Notes: generated by a model not told the origin, from the sequence alone. A stretch of DNA of 61,263 nucleotides, filler included, from Squatina squatina (GCA_031763465.1; 3 parts of 3 records of this genome joined end to end with filler, not necessarily neighbours in it), one strand, 5' to 3'; positions 12,452 through 23,451 are shown, counted from the first letter of the whole stretch. Numbers and translations are program-made.

Positions 12452-12514
12452 CTTCTGTGTTGCCTTTGGTTTTGCTCCTGGACCAGAGGAGGGAGATGTC
12501 AGTTTACCTTTATC
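12452..12514 (-). CDS. CAST: Calpastatin linker exon
   Basis: 63-nt phase-0 exon with strong sites (tttgtttttgcaacag...gtaaag). Translates as DKGKLTSPSSGPGAKPKATQK, resembling the DKDGKP... linker exons that follow subdomain B in CAST. Confidence 0.7.
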
Positions 12515-12939
12515 CTGTTGCAAAAACAAATTTAATCAGATTTGTCTGAGGGCCATCAGAGTTATTTAGAATTTAAAGCAGCTGGTAAAGCAACAACACA
12601 AATATAGTAAAATACTTCAGCATCCCAGAGAGAAATCACTCCAGTGTACATGTGGTGTGCACACACTAGTGTGAACCTCATTTGATCAGTAAACTCAATA
12701 ACCAGAGCATTTAGTTATATCGCTGGATTAATCAACGAGAGTATTGATGTGTATTGACTTTAGTTTTAGGATAACGATTCAGTACTTACACATTTATAAT
12801 TACTGTGATTTAAGGATCATTTCTGCTGTTGTACTATAATTACAAAATTTTTCTAGCTGTTCTGTATATAGAATATTTTGAAAATGGTGAAGTATTGAAG
12901 CAATTATTGACTTGGCCCAAAGTGATTGTTGGACCGAAC

Positions 12940-13022
12940 CTTAGGATCAGGTTGCTTTGGAAATCTGTAATCAGGTGGTATAGATTCTTCAGTTTCTCCC
13001 ACTCGTTCAGCTTTCTTCTTAG
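12940..13022 (-). CDS. CAST: Calpastatin inhibitory subdomain B exon, copy 2 (5' end in gap)
   Basis: Translates as KKKAERVGETEESIPPDYRFPKQPDPK followed by donor gttcgg. In phase with the exon at 12452-12514. Confidence 0.85.
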
Positions 13023-13122
13023 NNNNNNNNNNNNNNNNNNNNNNNNNNNNNNNNNNNNNNNNNNNNNNNNNNNNNNNNNNNNNNNNNNNNNNNNNNNNNN
13101 NNNNNNNNNNNNNNNNNNNNNN

Positions 13123-13749
13123 CAGGTGCCAGCATGCCGGAGTGTGATGTCTCACACGTATTCAGCTACAGAGGGCCAAAATTAGGACTTCAATGGGCAA
13201 AGCTACATAAGAAGGCTGATAGATCTGCACAAAGAAATGCTTGGTGCATTGGGAAGCCACCCAGAAAGCCTGTTTTCAATGTCAAGGCATGTCGAGGAGT
13301 CCAGCACCAACTTGGCACAAGACTTTATGCAGAGCTTGGAGCCCATCATTTCCAGCATGGAACTGATGAACAACCTCAACAATGCACTTGTGGACCCAAC
13401 CATGATGCATTGTCTGAAGGCCAATGGCTCAGTTTCCATTGTAACACAAGCAGCTTTCACTAAAAATCTGAGTGCTGTAGTGGAAGCTCAGACTGAAGTC
13501 ATGCAGGTCCAGCTTGCTACCGTGCAAGCACAGACTACTCCCATCATAGCTGTTGGTAGCAATGTTCAAAAGGGCTTGCAGGGTGTCACAGCAGTCCAGC
13601 AATGTGTCCTCCAACAGATTACTAGGACAGGTGAGGCTTTGCCCCGGGGGAGTGCCAGTGGTTCCATGGAGCACGAGCCTGCTGTCCTCTCTCAAGATGA
13701 CAGCCTTCGTGCACCCACCCTTCCCATCTGTTGGTGCCTTTATTGTTGC
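13123..13749 (+). mobile_element. Open frame probably from a Harbinger-associated ORF2 repeat family
   Basis: About 170 open codons rich in M/Q/A/S (MLGALGSHPESLFSMSRHVEESSTNL...). It resembles repetitive shark ORFs I associate with Harbinger elements, is bounded by gaps, and is antisense to CAST. Confidence 0.4.
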
Positions 13750-14129
13750 NNNNNNNNNNNNNNNNNNNNNNNNNNNNNNNNNNNNNNNNNNNNNNNNNNN
13801 NNNNNNNNNNNNNNNNNNNNNNNNNNNNNNNNNNNNNNNNNNNNNNNNNATTAGATAGATTTCTTTCATAAAGTAACATTTAGGGAAATAGTACATGAGT
13901 AATTTGAGACATGACATATAGTAAGTATAGCATGCTTGGGAGGAATAGGTGACTTGACCTATGGGCCCAAAAGCTTTCCACCAATAGAGTTTACTTCGTG
14001 CCATGTCTGGGTCTATTGTGGACTAATTGATAGAGATTGATTGCTATGTTGTATCATACGACTACCAGAATAGTAGAAGGTGAACTAGGTGGTCTTTGGC
14101 CTTTTTTCATCTGCCAATTCTTATGTTCC

Positions 14130-15319
14130 GATGAAAAGCACAAATCTTTCCATTTAGTAACAGCAACCTGCAAGTGGCAATAGCTGATGTCAAGAGCTCT
14201 GAATCCTTTGTGGCCATGTGTGTTTTTTTCTCTCATTATATTAATGTCTACGGGCACAATGCCTTTATACTGCAGTTTCATGGTTTACATTGAGGTTGAT
14301 CTTCAACCACTGGCTATCAGTGTACCATGAAGTGCTTTTCTCTTCTGATCATCTAAGTCCTGATGTTTGCCAGTGTCTTTTTAATACCCTTTTGATGCAC
14401 TTTCCACTGTCCTGGCTGAATGAGCCAAAGATCTCAGCAAACAATTGCAGACTGGTTGCTAGGATAACAGATTAAAGCTGCTCTTCCAACTGCTTCCTGT
14501 TTGCAGATGGNNNNNNNNNNNNNNNNNNNNNNNNNNNNNNNNNNNNNNNNNNNNNNNNNNNNNNNNNNNNNNNNNNNNNNNNNNNNNNNNNNNNNNNNNN
14601 NNNNNNNNNNAAAGAGATTGCAACTTGCTGTCCATTTCCCATCATATATCAATCAGAACTTAAATGAGGAACTGCCTTATTGTGAATTTCGTTGGATGCT
14701 TACTGCCCGAATATATCATGTTCTCATGCACCTGCTTCTGCTGTCCAGTGGAATAATTGGCACTTCAGCCATTACAGGCTGTGTTTCCATGAGCATATTT
14801 TTATTTCTGCTGTGAAAGTCCAGTTGAACTTGGTCTAAACCCATTACTTATTAATGCAGGAATTTGTTGTAGATTTATGCATAATGATGTATCATCCAAC
14901 ATTACACAATCTGATTCAGGTTTCAAAAGATTCATAAGTATTTTCAGCATGTATTACTGTTGGTATATATTGCACAGTAGAAATGATCCACTCGCAGTAA
15001 ATTTCCCACTGCCATACTTATTGGAAAATGTCAATGAACATGTTACTGTTGTTGATGACACTGCCAATTTGCTAATAGCTACTGGAAAATGCTGCCTATA
15101 GTGTTAAATATAAGACCTGAATTGTGTTTTCATCTTGCCCATGAAGGGATATTGACTTGCTATATTTTCAATGAGCAGTGGAAGATTTGCTTTCCTGCCT
15201 AATTCCACATCAGAATCTACTTGTTCACTAAATCCTGTGATTTGCTTCCTTATAGTTAGTGAACAGTATTTTTGAAAACATTTCAGTGCTGGAATGGGAT
15301 TAATAATGATTCTCCGTTC
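14130..15319 (-). pseudogene. Decayed large exon-like reading frame, unidentified
   Basis: Strong acceptor at 15320-15321, then one frame with only 5 stops in about 220 codons. Similar stop-poor sequence continues beyond the gap. Confidence 0.35.
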
Positions 15320-15369
15320 CTATTGTGTTCAAAGATGAAAGTTAAAAGATGAAAATATACTCTCCCCCC

Positions 15370-15590
15370 AACAGCTCAATGAGTTTGTCCAGTAATCAGT
15401 CTGAGGCAACAAATTAGGAAGAACCCAGTTTAAATTCTTGGTGTTTGCTGAGCTCAGTCAGGGTGCCATTTGGAATGCAACAAATAGCTTCAGTGCCCTG
15501 GATTAGAAAGAGTACAGGGTCCTAGTCCTCATGTATATTCAATAAAACTAGGTGAAAGTCCACATGTGTGAACATCTGGGTCTGTTGTAA
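15370..15590 (+). mobile_element. Degenerate ancient SINE
   Basis: Contains tgctgagctcagtcagg...cttcagtgccctgg. Apparently the same family as 37290-37680 and 44950-45200. Confidence 0.4.
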
Positions 15591-16021
15591 TCTAATTGAT
15601 ACAGTTTGATTGCTATGATTCCTCAACAACTCCTTTATTAATGTGTCAAGAGATTGGTCTTATTTAATTTAACAATTCCTATGTTCCTAGGATACAATTG
15701 GGTTGGTGATGGCTCCTGCTGTTGAATAGTGTTGACAACAGTGGAAAACATTGGACTAAATGGCTGTAATTTGTTTTAATCACCTTTTTCCCAAAAGGTA
15801 GTTAAGCTATCAGTGTTTTTAACTGTGGCAATAACTTTGCTGTTTTCACAAACAATTCTCAAATGAAAGGACAATGCAACCATCCACATCTCACCCACCA
15901 AACAAAATATTTTCCATTTGGATGGGATGTGGGAACCCTAAGTATCCAACCTGGTAAGTACCTATATGGTAGAATATTGTTTTTAAATTAGGCTTGAGCT
16001 GATAAGTATATATTTTTTTGC

Positions 16022-16300
16022 AGTTGTGGCTCAGTGGGTAGCACACTCACCTCTGTAATCCAAAGGCTGTGGGTTCAGGTCCCACTCCAGGAACTTGACC
16101 ACATAAATCCAAGTGGACACGCCAGTGGAGTACTGCATTGTCAGAGGCATTGTCTTTTGGATAAGATGTTAAACCAAGGCCCATCTGTTCTCTCATGTGG
16201 ACGTAAAAGATCCCATGGCACTATTTCGAAGAGGAGCAGGGGAGTTAACCCCGGTGTCCTGGCCAATATTTATCCCTCAATCAACATAACAAAAACAGAT
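16022..16300 (+). mobile_element. tRNA-derived Deu-domain SINE, interrupted by a Harbinger-like element at 16302
   Basis: A box tggctcagtggg, B box ggttcaggtccc, and Deu core ggtgtcctggccaatatttatccctc. Confidence 0.85.
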
Positions 16301-17189
16301 TGGCCCTGAAATTGCGATCGGAGGCTTCCTACATGTGGTTGCCTCCGATAGCAATTATTTCTACGAACTTACCTTAGNNNNNNNNNNNNNNNNNNNNNNN
16401 NNNNNNNNNNNNNNNNNNNNNNNNNNNNNNNTCCTGCTCCTGTTCCTTATGTTCTTATGGGAAGTGGGAATGGATTACTCAAATTCAGCCCCAGTATAGT
16501 CGTTACAAATTGGATTCACCATGAAAAGGTGCTTACTGTTACATTTCCTCTTCATATGTGAAACCATTCTAACCCGATTGACTCGATTGGCTCTGTAGTT
16601 TGGTCAGCTGCTAAGTTCCCCATCGTTTTATGCTGTCTAATGCAACAAAAATACAACTGGTCGGTTTGTTTCCATTAGCGTCTGATCTTGTGGCCAGTGA
16701 AATCCGATTTGATCCAAGGCCGGAGCTTTAACAATTTCGATCTCTATCCAACCCTCCATCTATCTAATCCGGATGAAGAGTTGCAATATGTTGGTTGCTG
16801 TCAGAAAAACTGCAAAAACTAACTGCAGATACGGCTTTCTGGAAAATGATCTCTCGCCTGTGATTATTGGGCAGTTCTTACCGTATTTTATTTGCTAAAT
16901 ACACTTGCTCTGAATGCAGCATCTTCCCGAACATTGGTGGGAGCAAGATTTCAAATAAATAATTCTAAAAACTGGCGCTAAATGCCATGTTGTTGGCGAT
17001 GTCCATGAAGCTAAACGCAGTGTTGGAAAGTGATGGTTCGAAATGGTTGTCGAGCTCAGTGAATTTCAGCAATGGACAGCTCCCGTGAAAGCTGGGTCAC
17101 AGCTCTTGCACAATGAATTCCTCACACTGTTTTTTAACAATTCCCCCTTGAGGAGCATTTGGTCGATATTGCAGAAGGTACACTGGATT

Positions 17190-17246
17190 TGACGTCAGGG
17201 CGATGCTATACGTAGCATTTGGTGCGTAAACAGTATTTTCCATTCA
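17190..17246 (+). promoter_or_regulatory. PCSK1 proximal promoter: perfect CRE plus forkhead-type site
   Basis: TGACGTCA at 17190-17197 and GTAAACA about 30 nt downstream, about 240 nt upstream of the ATG, in CpG-retaining sequence. Confidence 0.75.
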
Positions 17247-17425
17247 AGCTCAGAGGTTACCACTTTCATTTCGCCTGACAGCATCCGTCTCATTCGAAGN
17301 NNNNNNNNNAGTTTGCTGCCTTCTCACTTACTCCAGCAGCATTCCCGGTCCAGGCAGCGTTTGCGACCATTCTGCGGCTTCTCTTTCTCTGAACCTCTTT
17401 CCTTTTTTTTTGTATCATCAAAATA

Positions 17426-17611
17426 ATGATGAAACAAAAATGTTGTCTTCCGCTGCGACTTGTAGCTGTAGCGGTGATTGCAATTTGCTCTGCTCCGGAC
17501 ACTGCCAATGCAGACAAGCAATACGTTAATGAATGGGCAGTGGAAGTGGTTGGAGGACCTGAGGTGGCGAGAGCTATTGCCGAAGAACTTGAATATGATT
17601 TTGTGGGTCAG
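17426..17611 (+). CDS. PCSK1: Prohormone convertase 1/3 exon 1 (signal peptide and start of prodomain)
   Basis: Translates as MMKQKCCLPLRLVAVAVIAICSAPDTANADKQYVNEWAVEVVGGPEVARAIAEELEYDFVGQ, then donor gtaaat. Matches PCSK1 [31 protein letters not shown]. Confidence 0.94.
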
Positions 17612-18894
17612 GTAAATATTTTTGAACCTATATTAATATATGTACCGGGTAACCCAATTTCTTAAATAGGGAGTGTCACAAGTGAGGTTGGTTTACAAGA
17701 TAATCTCACGGTAAGTCTGGTAACCGATAGTACTTGTGTTGAAAATTAATGACTGATGTTATGGCACCTACAGTATATGTGGAGCGGAAGAGAGTGAGCG
17801 TTGATATTCTAAATTGCTTTCTCAGAAATGTACTCTCACGTTTTACCACAAAAATGGAAAGCGACCAGCTCATATTTAATTTTCCATTTCCTTCTGAAAT
17901 ACGGAACATCATTCAGTCCAAGCGTCCGGCATATTTGTAGTTTGGGGGCCGTCAGTATTGTACAGGAGATGACCACAAACAGATTAATCTAACAACTTCA
18001 AAAGGCATCAACCCTGGGCAACAAGGATGATCGTTTTGTGCACTTGTAAGATTGAATGGTTTGATAGCTAAGTAAAGTGCGACGTTGCACTTAAGTTAAG
18101 CAGATCAGTAACCTTAGTGTATGCATATATGCACATGTATATTTATGCATACGCATCTATATCATATATGTGTCCTCTATTCTCATTTTAACCTATCTAA
18201 AGCGAAATTCTCGATGACGCGCGTTGTGTTACTCAATCCCTTCGTGAGTTTGTGTTCTGAACTATACTTGTAATCAATTTCTAGTACTTGATATGACAAT
18301 TTCACTAACATAGCCCTCGGTAGTCCAAAGTTTATGGGATATATGCGAACATGAATAAACCAATTAGAGAATCGATGACATGTGGGTAGGACCCAGTCTA
18401 TGACATTAAAGAGTGAAAAAAATAGTAAAGGGAAAGAGGCAAAAGGAAGCTGAAAAGACAGGTTAATGTCAGCATCATAGTGCCCTCACTAAAGGTGCTT
18501 TTAGATGTATATTTAAGAGGTTTTGGAAATTTTCGTCTCTTATGCTCAGTTATTAATCTCAGTTATACAGAACGGAGGAGCAGTGAGGATCACAGACCAG
18601 CTATATTCATGTACAGCATATAGGTAGAACGGATGAAGATAGGTATAGATTTAAAGTGATGCCGAGGAGACTGTAATTGAAAATGCATGCTAGGAAAAGC
18701 GAAGAGAAGACTGCATGGATTGTATCATTTTCCACAGGAGTCAAATCGCTCGAATGAATGCGAGTTAGTATTTATTTTTCTATATTTAGTTTATGGTGAC
18801 TGGAAAGAGATGATTCTTCAGCACGTGTGTGGAAGAAAGGTCACTCACTGATCTGACACATTATACGAATTATAGAAATGCCCAAGCAACCAGA

Positions 18895-18978
18895 AGGGGG
18901 AATACACAGCCGCTTAGTCACCATCTGAAAGAGAAGACAGGTAGTGGGGTTTCGGGTGTGCACCCTTCATCAGAAAGA
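18895..18978 (-). mobile_element. Penelope-like element terminus with hammerhead-ribozyme-like core
   Basis: Minus strand reads CTGATGA-A-GGGT-GCAC-ACCC-GAAAC, followed by ...ctctttcagatggtgac...gctgtgtattccc. Related degenerate termini lie near 1580-1680, 2848-2915, 6295-6365 and 60210-60275. Confidence 0.6.
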
Positions 18979-19769
18979 GGAATCATTATATTAAACCAAA
19001 AAAGTAGGAGTTTGATATATACTCTATAAGTTTGTTTGCTTTAAATTGTCGATGGGATGCAGCGTGAGTGACACGTGTAAGAAACGTTATCAAATGGGCG
19101 TATAGTTGGTCGGGACCAAAAAGATTCCAAATCCTACTTTAGATCTGGAACCATATCAGCTCTTCATGCTATAAAACAATCTAATCAATAAATGACAAGG
19201 CTTCAAACTGAACGCAGACTGATTTTTTTTTAATTGACTATAGAAAATATAACCAATCAGATCGCTGGATGTTTAGTTGGCACTCTGTTGACCGGATATT
19301 AAAAGATAAATCCAATCTGGTTATTGGATGGCTCACTTTTCTATTGTTACCTTACTGTATAGAGATAAACCTGGCTATCTGTAACCCTCTCCTCTCTCAG
19401 CTGAGGAATGATGGCTGATATAATAATCCAAAAGAAAGGAGAGGTTTTTTTTAAGTGACGCCAAAACATTTTCTGCTGTGTAAAGTTAGACCTGTTAAAA
19501 GAAATCATTGGGTTCATCTGTCCAATAAACATTTACTTGTTAAGCTTTATTACAATAGCTCATTGCTGACGTTAAATGTTCTCTAAGTTTTAAAGGTTTT
19601 TTGCGATCTTTACATGAATCCTTCTTTATATACTGGGAATGAAAGATGCAATGGCACAACAACAATCTTTAGACACTTTCAAATGCCAGCTTTGTACTGA
19701 TGTCTACATCTGTTGATCAAATCTATGAACTGTGAGCCAGCTGAGCACAGTTGTTAAAATGTATTAAAA

Positions 19770-20480
19770 AGCAAATTTAAAAAGGTAAGTTGACCAGAAG
19801 AAAGCACAAAACGTTAGTGTGCCTGACCAGTGGGTTATAGAGTACCAGCGTAACCTCCAAGGACATGTACGCTACTGTTCGGACCATAAATCCCAATATT
19901 CTATTTGATTTTTTTAATCGCCTTACTACGTTGTTCAGAGTACCATCAATCTCAAGTCCCTTTCTCAGTATTTCTTTCAATTCAAACCCATTCATTCTAT
20001 ACTTACAATGCACATTCTGTTAATCAGTGTGCAGTACTTTGCATATATCAATCAGAAAATATGAGAAGCTAACATGTGATTTTGATATGCAGATCGTCAC
20101 TGTGCATTAACGACTTGCATATCAAAACTATAAAATGATTAACGTTAACAGGATGTGGGATAAACAAATACTGCAACTCAATTACCAGGAAGACAACTTT
20201 AACAAGGCATCTTCAAGGGATTGAGCATTAACAATTTGACTGAGTTCTAGAGGAGGACGGAGGTGGGTAGAACTCAGGAAAAGCTCCATTGAGGATAAAT
20301 GAAATACTTTATAGAATATCCTGAACATGCAGGACAAATAAATTTTGAGGACTAGATAGGAACTGGGCAGACTAAACAAACATGACCTTGAGTGGACTAA
20401 CAGTAAAATACACACTTGAAATAAGTATGAAAAGCAAACTGGAGAAATTCTGTAGGGAGAAAGGTGGGGGAAATGACTGA
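19770..20480. mobile_element. Degenerate CR1 fragments
   Basis: Minus-strand KKSNRILGF...LYNPLVR motif and a plus-strand CR1-like upstream segment. Confidence 0.55.
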
Positions 20481-20488
20481 AGAATTCA

Positions 20489-21003
20489 GGGGCGCCCAAA
20501 TCGTGTTTTGGGCGTTTCTAGCGCTAAGCACCGAATTTCGCGCTAGAAATGGGACTCTTTAAAAATTTTCCTTCAACCCTCCAATTAGTCACTTTACATT
20601 TGGAGCGTTCAAACACGTGCAAACGTTAATGTTAAGGGGTCTATACTGAACTGACTTATTCGTGGTGTTCATGCAAATTCCACAGCTTGCTTCCAACCTG
20701 AATTCCAGAGTTTGCTTCCAACCTGATAGGCCACTTAATAGCTCAGTTGACTTAAGTGCTTCCAACTTCTTTATAGGCCACTTAATAGCTTCCAGCTGCA
20801 TGTGNNNNNNNNNNNNNNNNNNNNNNNNNNNNNNNNNNNNNNNNNNNNTTAATTAATTAANNNNNNNNNNNNNNNNNNNNNNNNNNNNNNNNNNNNNNNN
20901 NNNNCACTGCTCTGATGCGAATTCAGCATCGGAGTGCCTTAGCGCCCAAAACGGGCGTTAGACCACTAGCACCCGTTTAGTGCTCATTCTTCGCCTGCGC
21001 TAA
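20489..21003. mobile_element. Harbinger-like non-autonomous element with internal short direct repeats, spanning the spacer
   Basis: CpG-rich ends sharing gcgcccaaa and ttttgggcg. Internal repeats ttgcttccaacctg (x2) and ataggccacttaatagct (x2). Confidence 0.5.
20805..20904. other. Artificial scaffold spacer
   Basis: 44 N + TTAATTAATTAA + 44 N, giving stops in all six frames. Confidence 0.93.
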
Positions 21004-21804
21004 AGGACCAACAGGGGAAAAAACAGATATGAGATCACTATATTAGCAAAATAGAGAAGCAGTATAACAAGGGAAATGATGAATCAGATATTAGGAGATG
21101 AAGAACTCACCTGATTAAGACAAGTAGTATGATATCAGGGTGAAGCACAGAATTGGCCTTTCTTGTATGATTAATATAATTTAAAATGCAAATGCAATTT
21201 TATCTTCCAAAGATTTCACCTTGAAAATTTTAATAACAATTTCATGTATTAAATATGTAAATGTATATATTGATAGTTTCATTTCATATGGCATGACTTT
21301 AACTTAATGTGTATACTGAATTAAGTTGGTTTTGTTGCCATTTTATATTTCAAAAATAGCTTTTACATGTCTGAGACCCTAACCTGGCTGTAGATGTCTA
21401 ACAGAGATGCAGAGTGGTTTTATTTCCCTCTTGTATTTTTGCTTTTTTTATTTAAAGTGCTTCACTGTATCTTCACGAAGGAAGCTTTACTGGGTGTCGC
21501 CACAGACTATTCTTGATCTTTCCACAATACTAACCAACGGAAGAGTCCATTTTTCTCACATCAAACAGAATGTGCATTTTTTTGCGCAACTTTCTGTACA
21601 TATGGAACTGTGGTGGGATCTGATGGCCTAGGGTCTGGGACACCTGCCGGAAGCAAGCCATCCTCTGTGGGAGTCTACATTCATCTCAGCTGGTCCCACT
21701 CTGCTCGTAGCTAAAGCCACAGCCCAGCACCGCCAAGCAGGTCTGGTTAGAGAGTAGCAGCCTGGTTCAAGCTGATATGAATATGTTTTTTTTTCCATTG
21801 CAAG

Positions 21805-21927
21805 TGAACGTTGTGTGTGGAGAAGACACCCTGGCACACAATCCAATTTCCGTGAGAAAGTGGGACCAATGGTACGCTCGTGCTTGTGGTGTATTAGGAA
21901 CAAGCCATCTGTTGCTCCTCGTTAAAG
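21805..21927 (+). other. Candidate exon, unidentified
   Basis: Long T-tract with an aag acceptor and AG/gtaaat donor. It is 123 nt, phase-symmetric, with one open frame (NVVCGEDTLAHNPISVRKWDQWYARACGVLGTSHLLLLVK). No family recognised. Confidence 0.25.
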
Positions 21928-22425
21928 GTAAATTTGGTCACTGAAAAGAAAATCAACGGTTCAACTGTCATTTTTGGCCAAACACTTAATTCTAAAAGAT
22001 ATAAATAATTACATNNNNNNNNNNNNNNNNNNNNNNNNNNNNNNNNNNNNNNNNNNNNNNNNNNNNNNNNNNNNNNNNNNNNNNNNNNNNNNNNNNNNNN
22101 NNNNNNNNNNNNNNAAGGAGCTGCAGATTTATTTAATATTATTAGGTGTGGAATTGTTAATTTTCAGATTTTACCAACTGCAATCTGCAAAATAAAATCC
22201 CAAAAATGGACCATAGTTAATTAGAAGAGAGTGTCAGACTCACTATTGTGCAGGTGGGGTAGGCTCAGCAAGCTGCACCATACATTCCTACCCAGCTGAA
22301 GTCTGGCCTTTTCCCCAGGTGGCATGTAGTACAGGGACAGAACCTTAACTTAACACTCTTATAAAATGATCCTCCTTCAAGCTTGTCACCACCACCGATA
22401 ATTAATCTTCCTTGTACTCCCTCAC

Positions 22426-22461
22426 CTTATCCAGTTTCTCATGAATGTTTTTCCGGCTGGC
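22426..22461 (-). CDS. Candidate 36-nt micro-exon of an unidentified gene
   Basis: Strong acceptor ctctcctgtctcttttcag and donor AG/gtgagg. The phase-0 frame reads ASRKNIHEKLDK. Confidence 0.5.
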
Positions 22462-23259
22462 CTGAAAAGAGACAGGAGAGGTTAGTGAATCAACTGACAA
22501 AACCCAGAATAGTACAAATTCAGAAAATGCATAAAAAACTGAGTAAGGATGGATAAAATTTACATTTTATCAAGTTATAATTGTGGACCCATACAGTTGC
22601 TTTGACCCTTCAATAAGTAATTTATGAATTGCGCTGCAAAACTAAAGTATAAGTTTTATGATTTTAGCTTGTCCAAGACTACCATAGTTTTGGTCCAGTG
22701 TGCTCCTATAATTCTGTTATCAATCTGCACCCGTTATATAAAAATAAATGTGTGCAGATTTTGAAAAGTATATAGCAATACATTATATAATTTAAATTGT
22801 CATTGTATTGAGTGGAGGCGTATTAATGACAAACAGATATTTCATTTATTCAATTTTAATTTTTGAATTATGAAACCATTTAAAGATAACTAATATGTTT
22901 TCTTTGACTCAGAGTCTGCAACCGCACAAGGTTTGGAACATGGTGTACGTGTTGACTCATTAACTGTCCTCTGAGTTTGGATTATACACTCTTTCTGGGA
23001 ACTTGTCCAAGAGAGTTACATCAGATTCTAGCCATATTCAGCATTAATGTCAGCTAACATTAGGGAATTAATGTTTTATCAGCCAACAATTGCTTAGGAA
23101 CTGAAATCAGGTCAGTTAGTGGCAGCTGAGAATTGGGCTGTCGATGGAGTTTCTGTTTCTGAGCATCATCGGTGTTAACTTTGATAAGTTCTTTTTAATG
23201 CTGATTAGTGGGAGATTTCTCAATATGGAGAGAGTACCCTTAAGACTTCTTTAGCTTTG

Positions 23260-23451
23260 CTAGACCTTCAATAGCTCAGTTGAGTCTTCTGCTTCTTCTT
23301 CTTCTTTCTCTCCTTTGCCTCGCGACACATGAAGCAACCCATTTCTTCCACTGGTTTTATATCCAGCCGATTGTGCTCTGGGTAGTTTCCATAAGGCCCT
23401 TTTAATATGGGCCAATTGTTCGCCTGACTCATAACTTCCTACCAGAAGAAC
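23260..23451 (-). CDS. Candidate terminal coding exon of an unidentified gene
   Basis: cag acceptor, then VLLVGSYESGEQLAHIKRALWKLPRAQSAGYKTSGRNGLLHVSRGKGEKEEEEAEDSTELLKV*. The phase is compatible with the donor at 23812. Confidence 0.5.
   Translation of the reverse strand, partial: VLLVGSYESGEQLAHIKRALWKLPRAQSAGYKTSGRNGLLHVSRGKGEKEEEEAEDSTELLKV

Noticed and set aside
16022-16090. tRNA gene
   Set aside because: The A and B boxes belong to a SINE head and continue into SINE body sequence; I see no cloverleaf.
20849-20860. TTAATTAATTAA palindrome (also at 43836-43847)
   Set aside because: It is centred in exactly 100-nt N spacers, so it is an assembly linker rather than biology.
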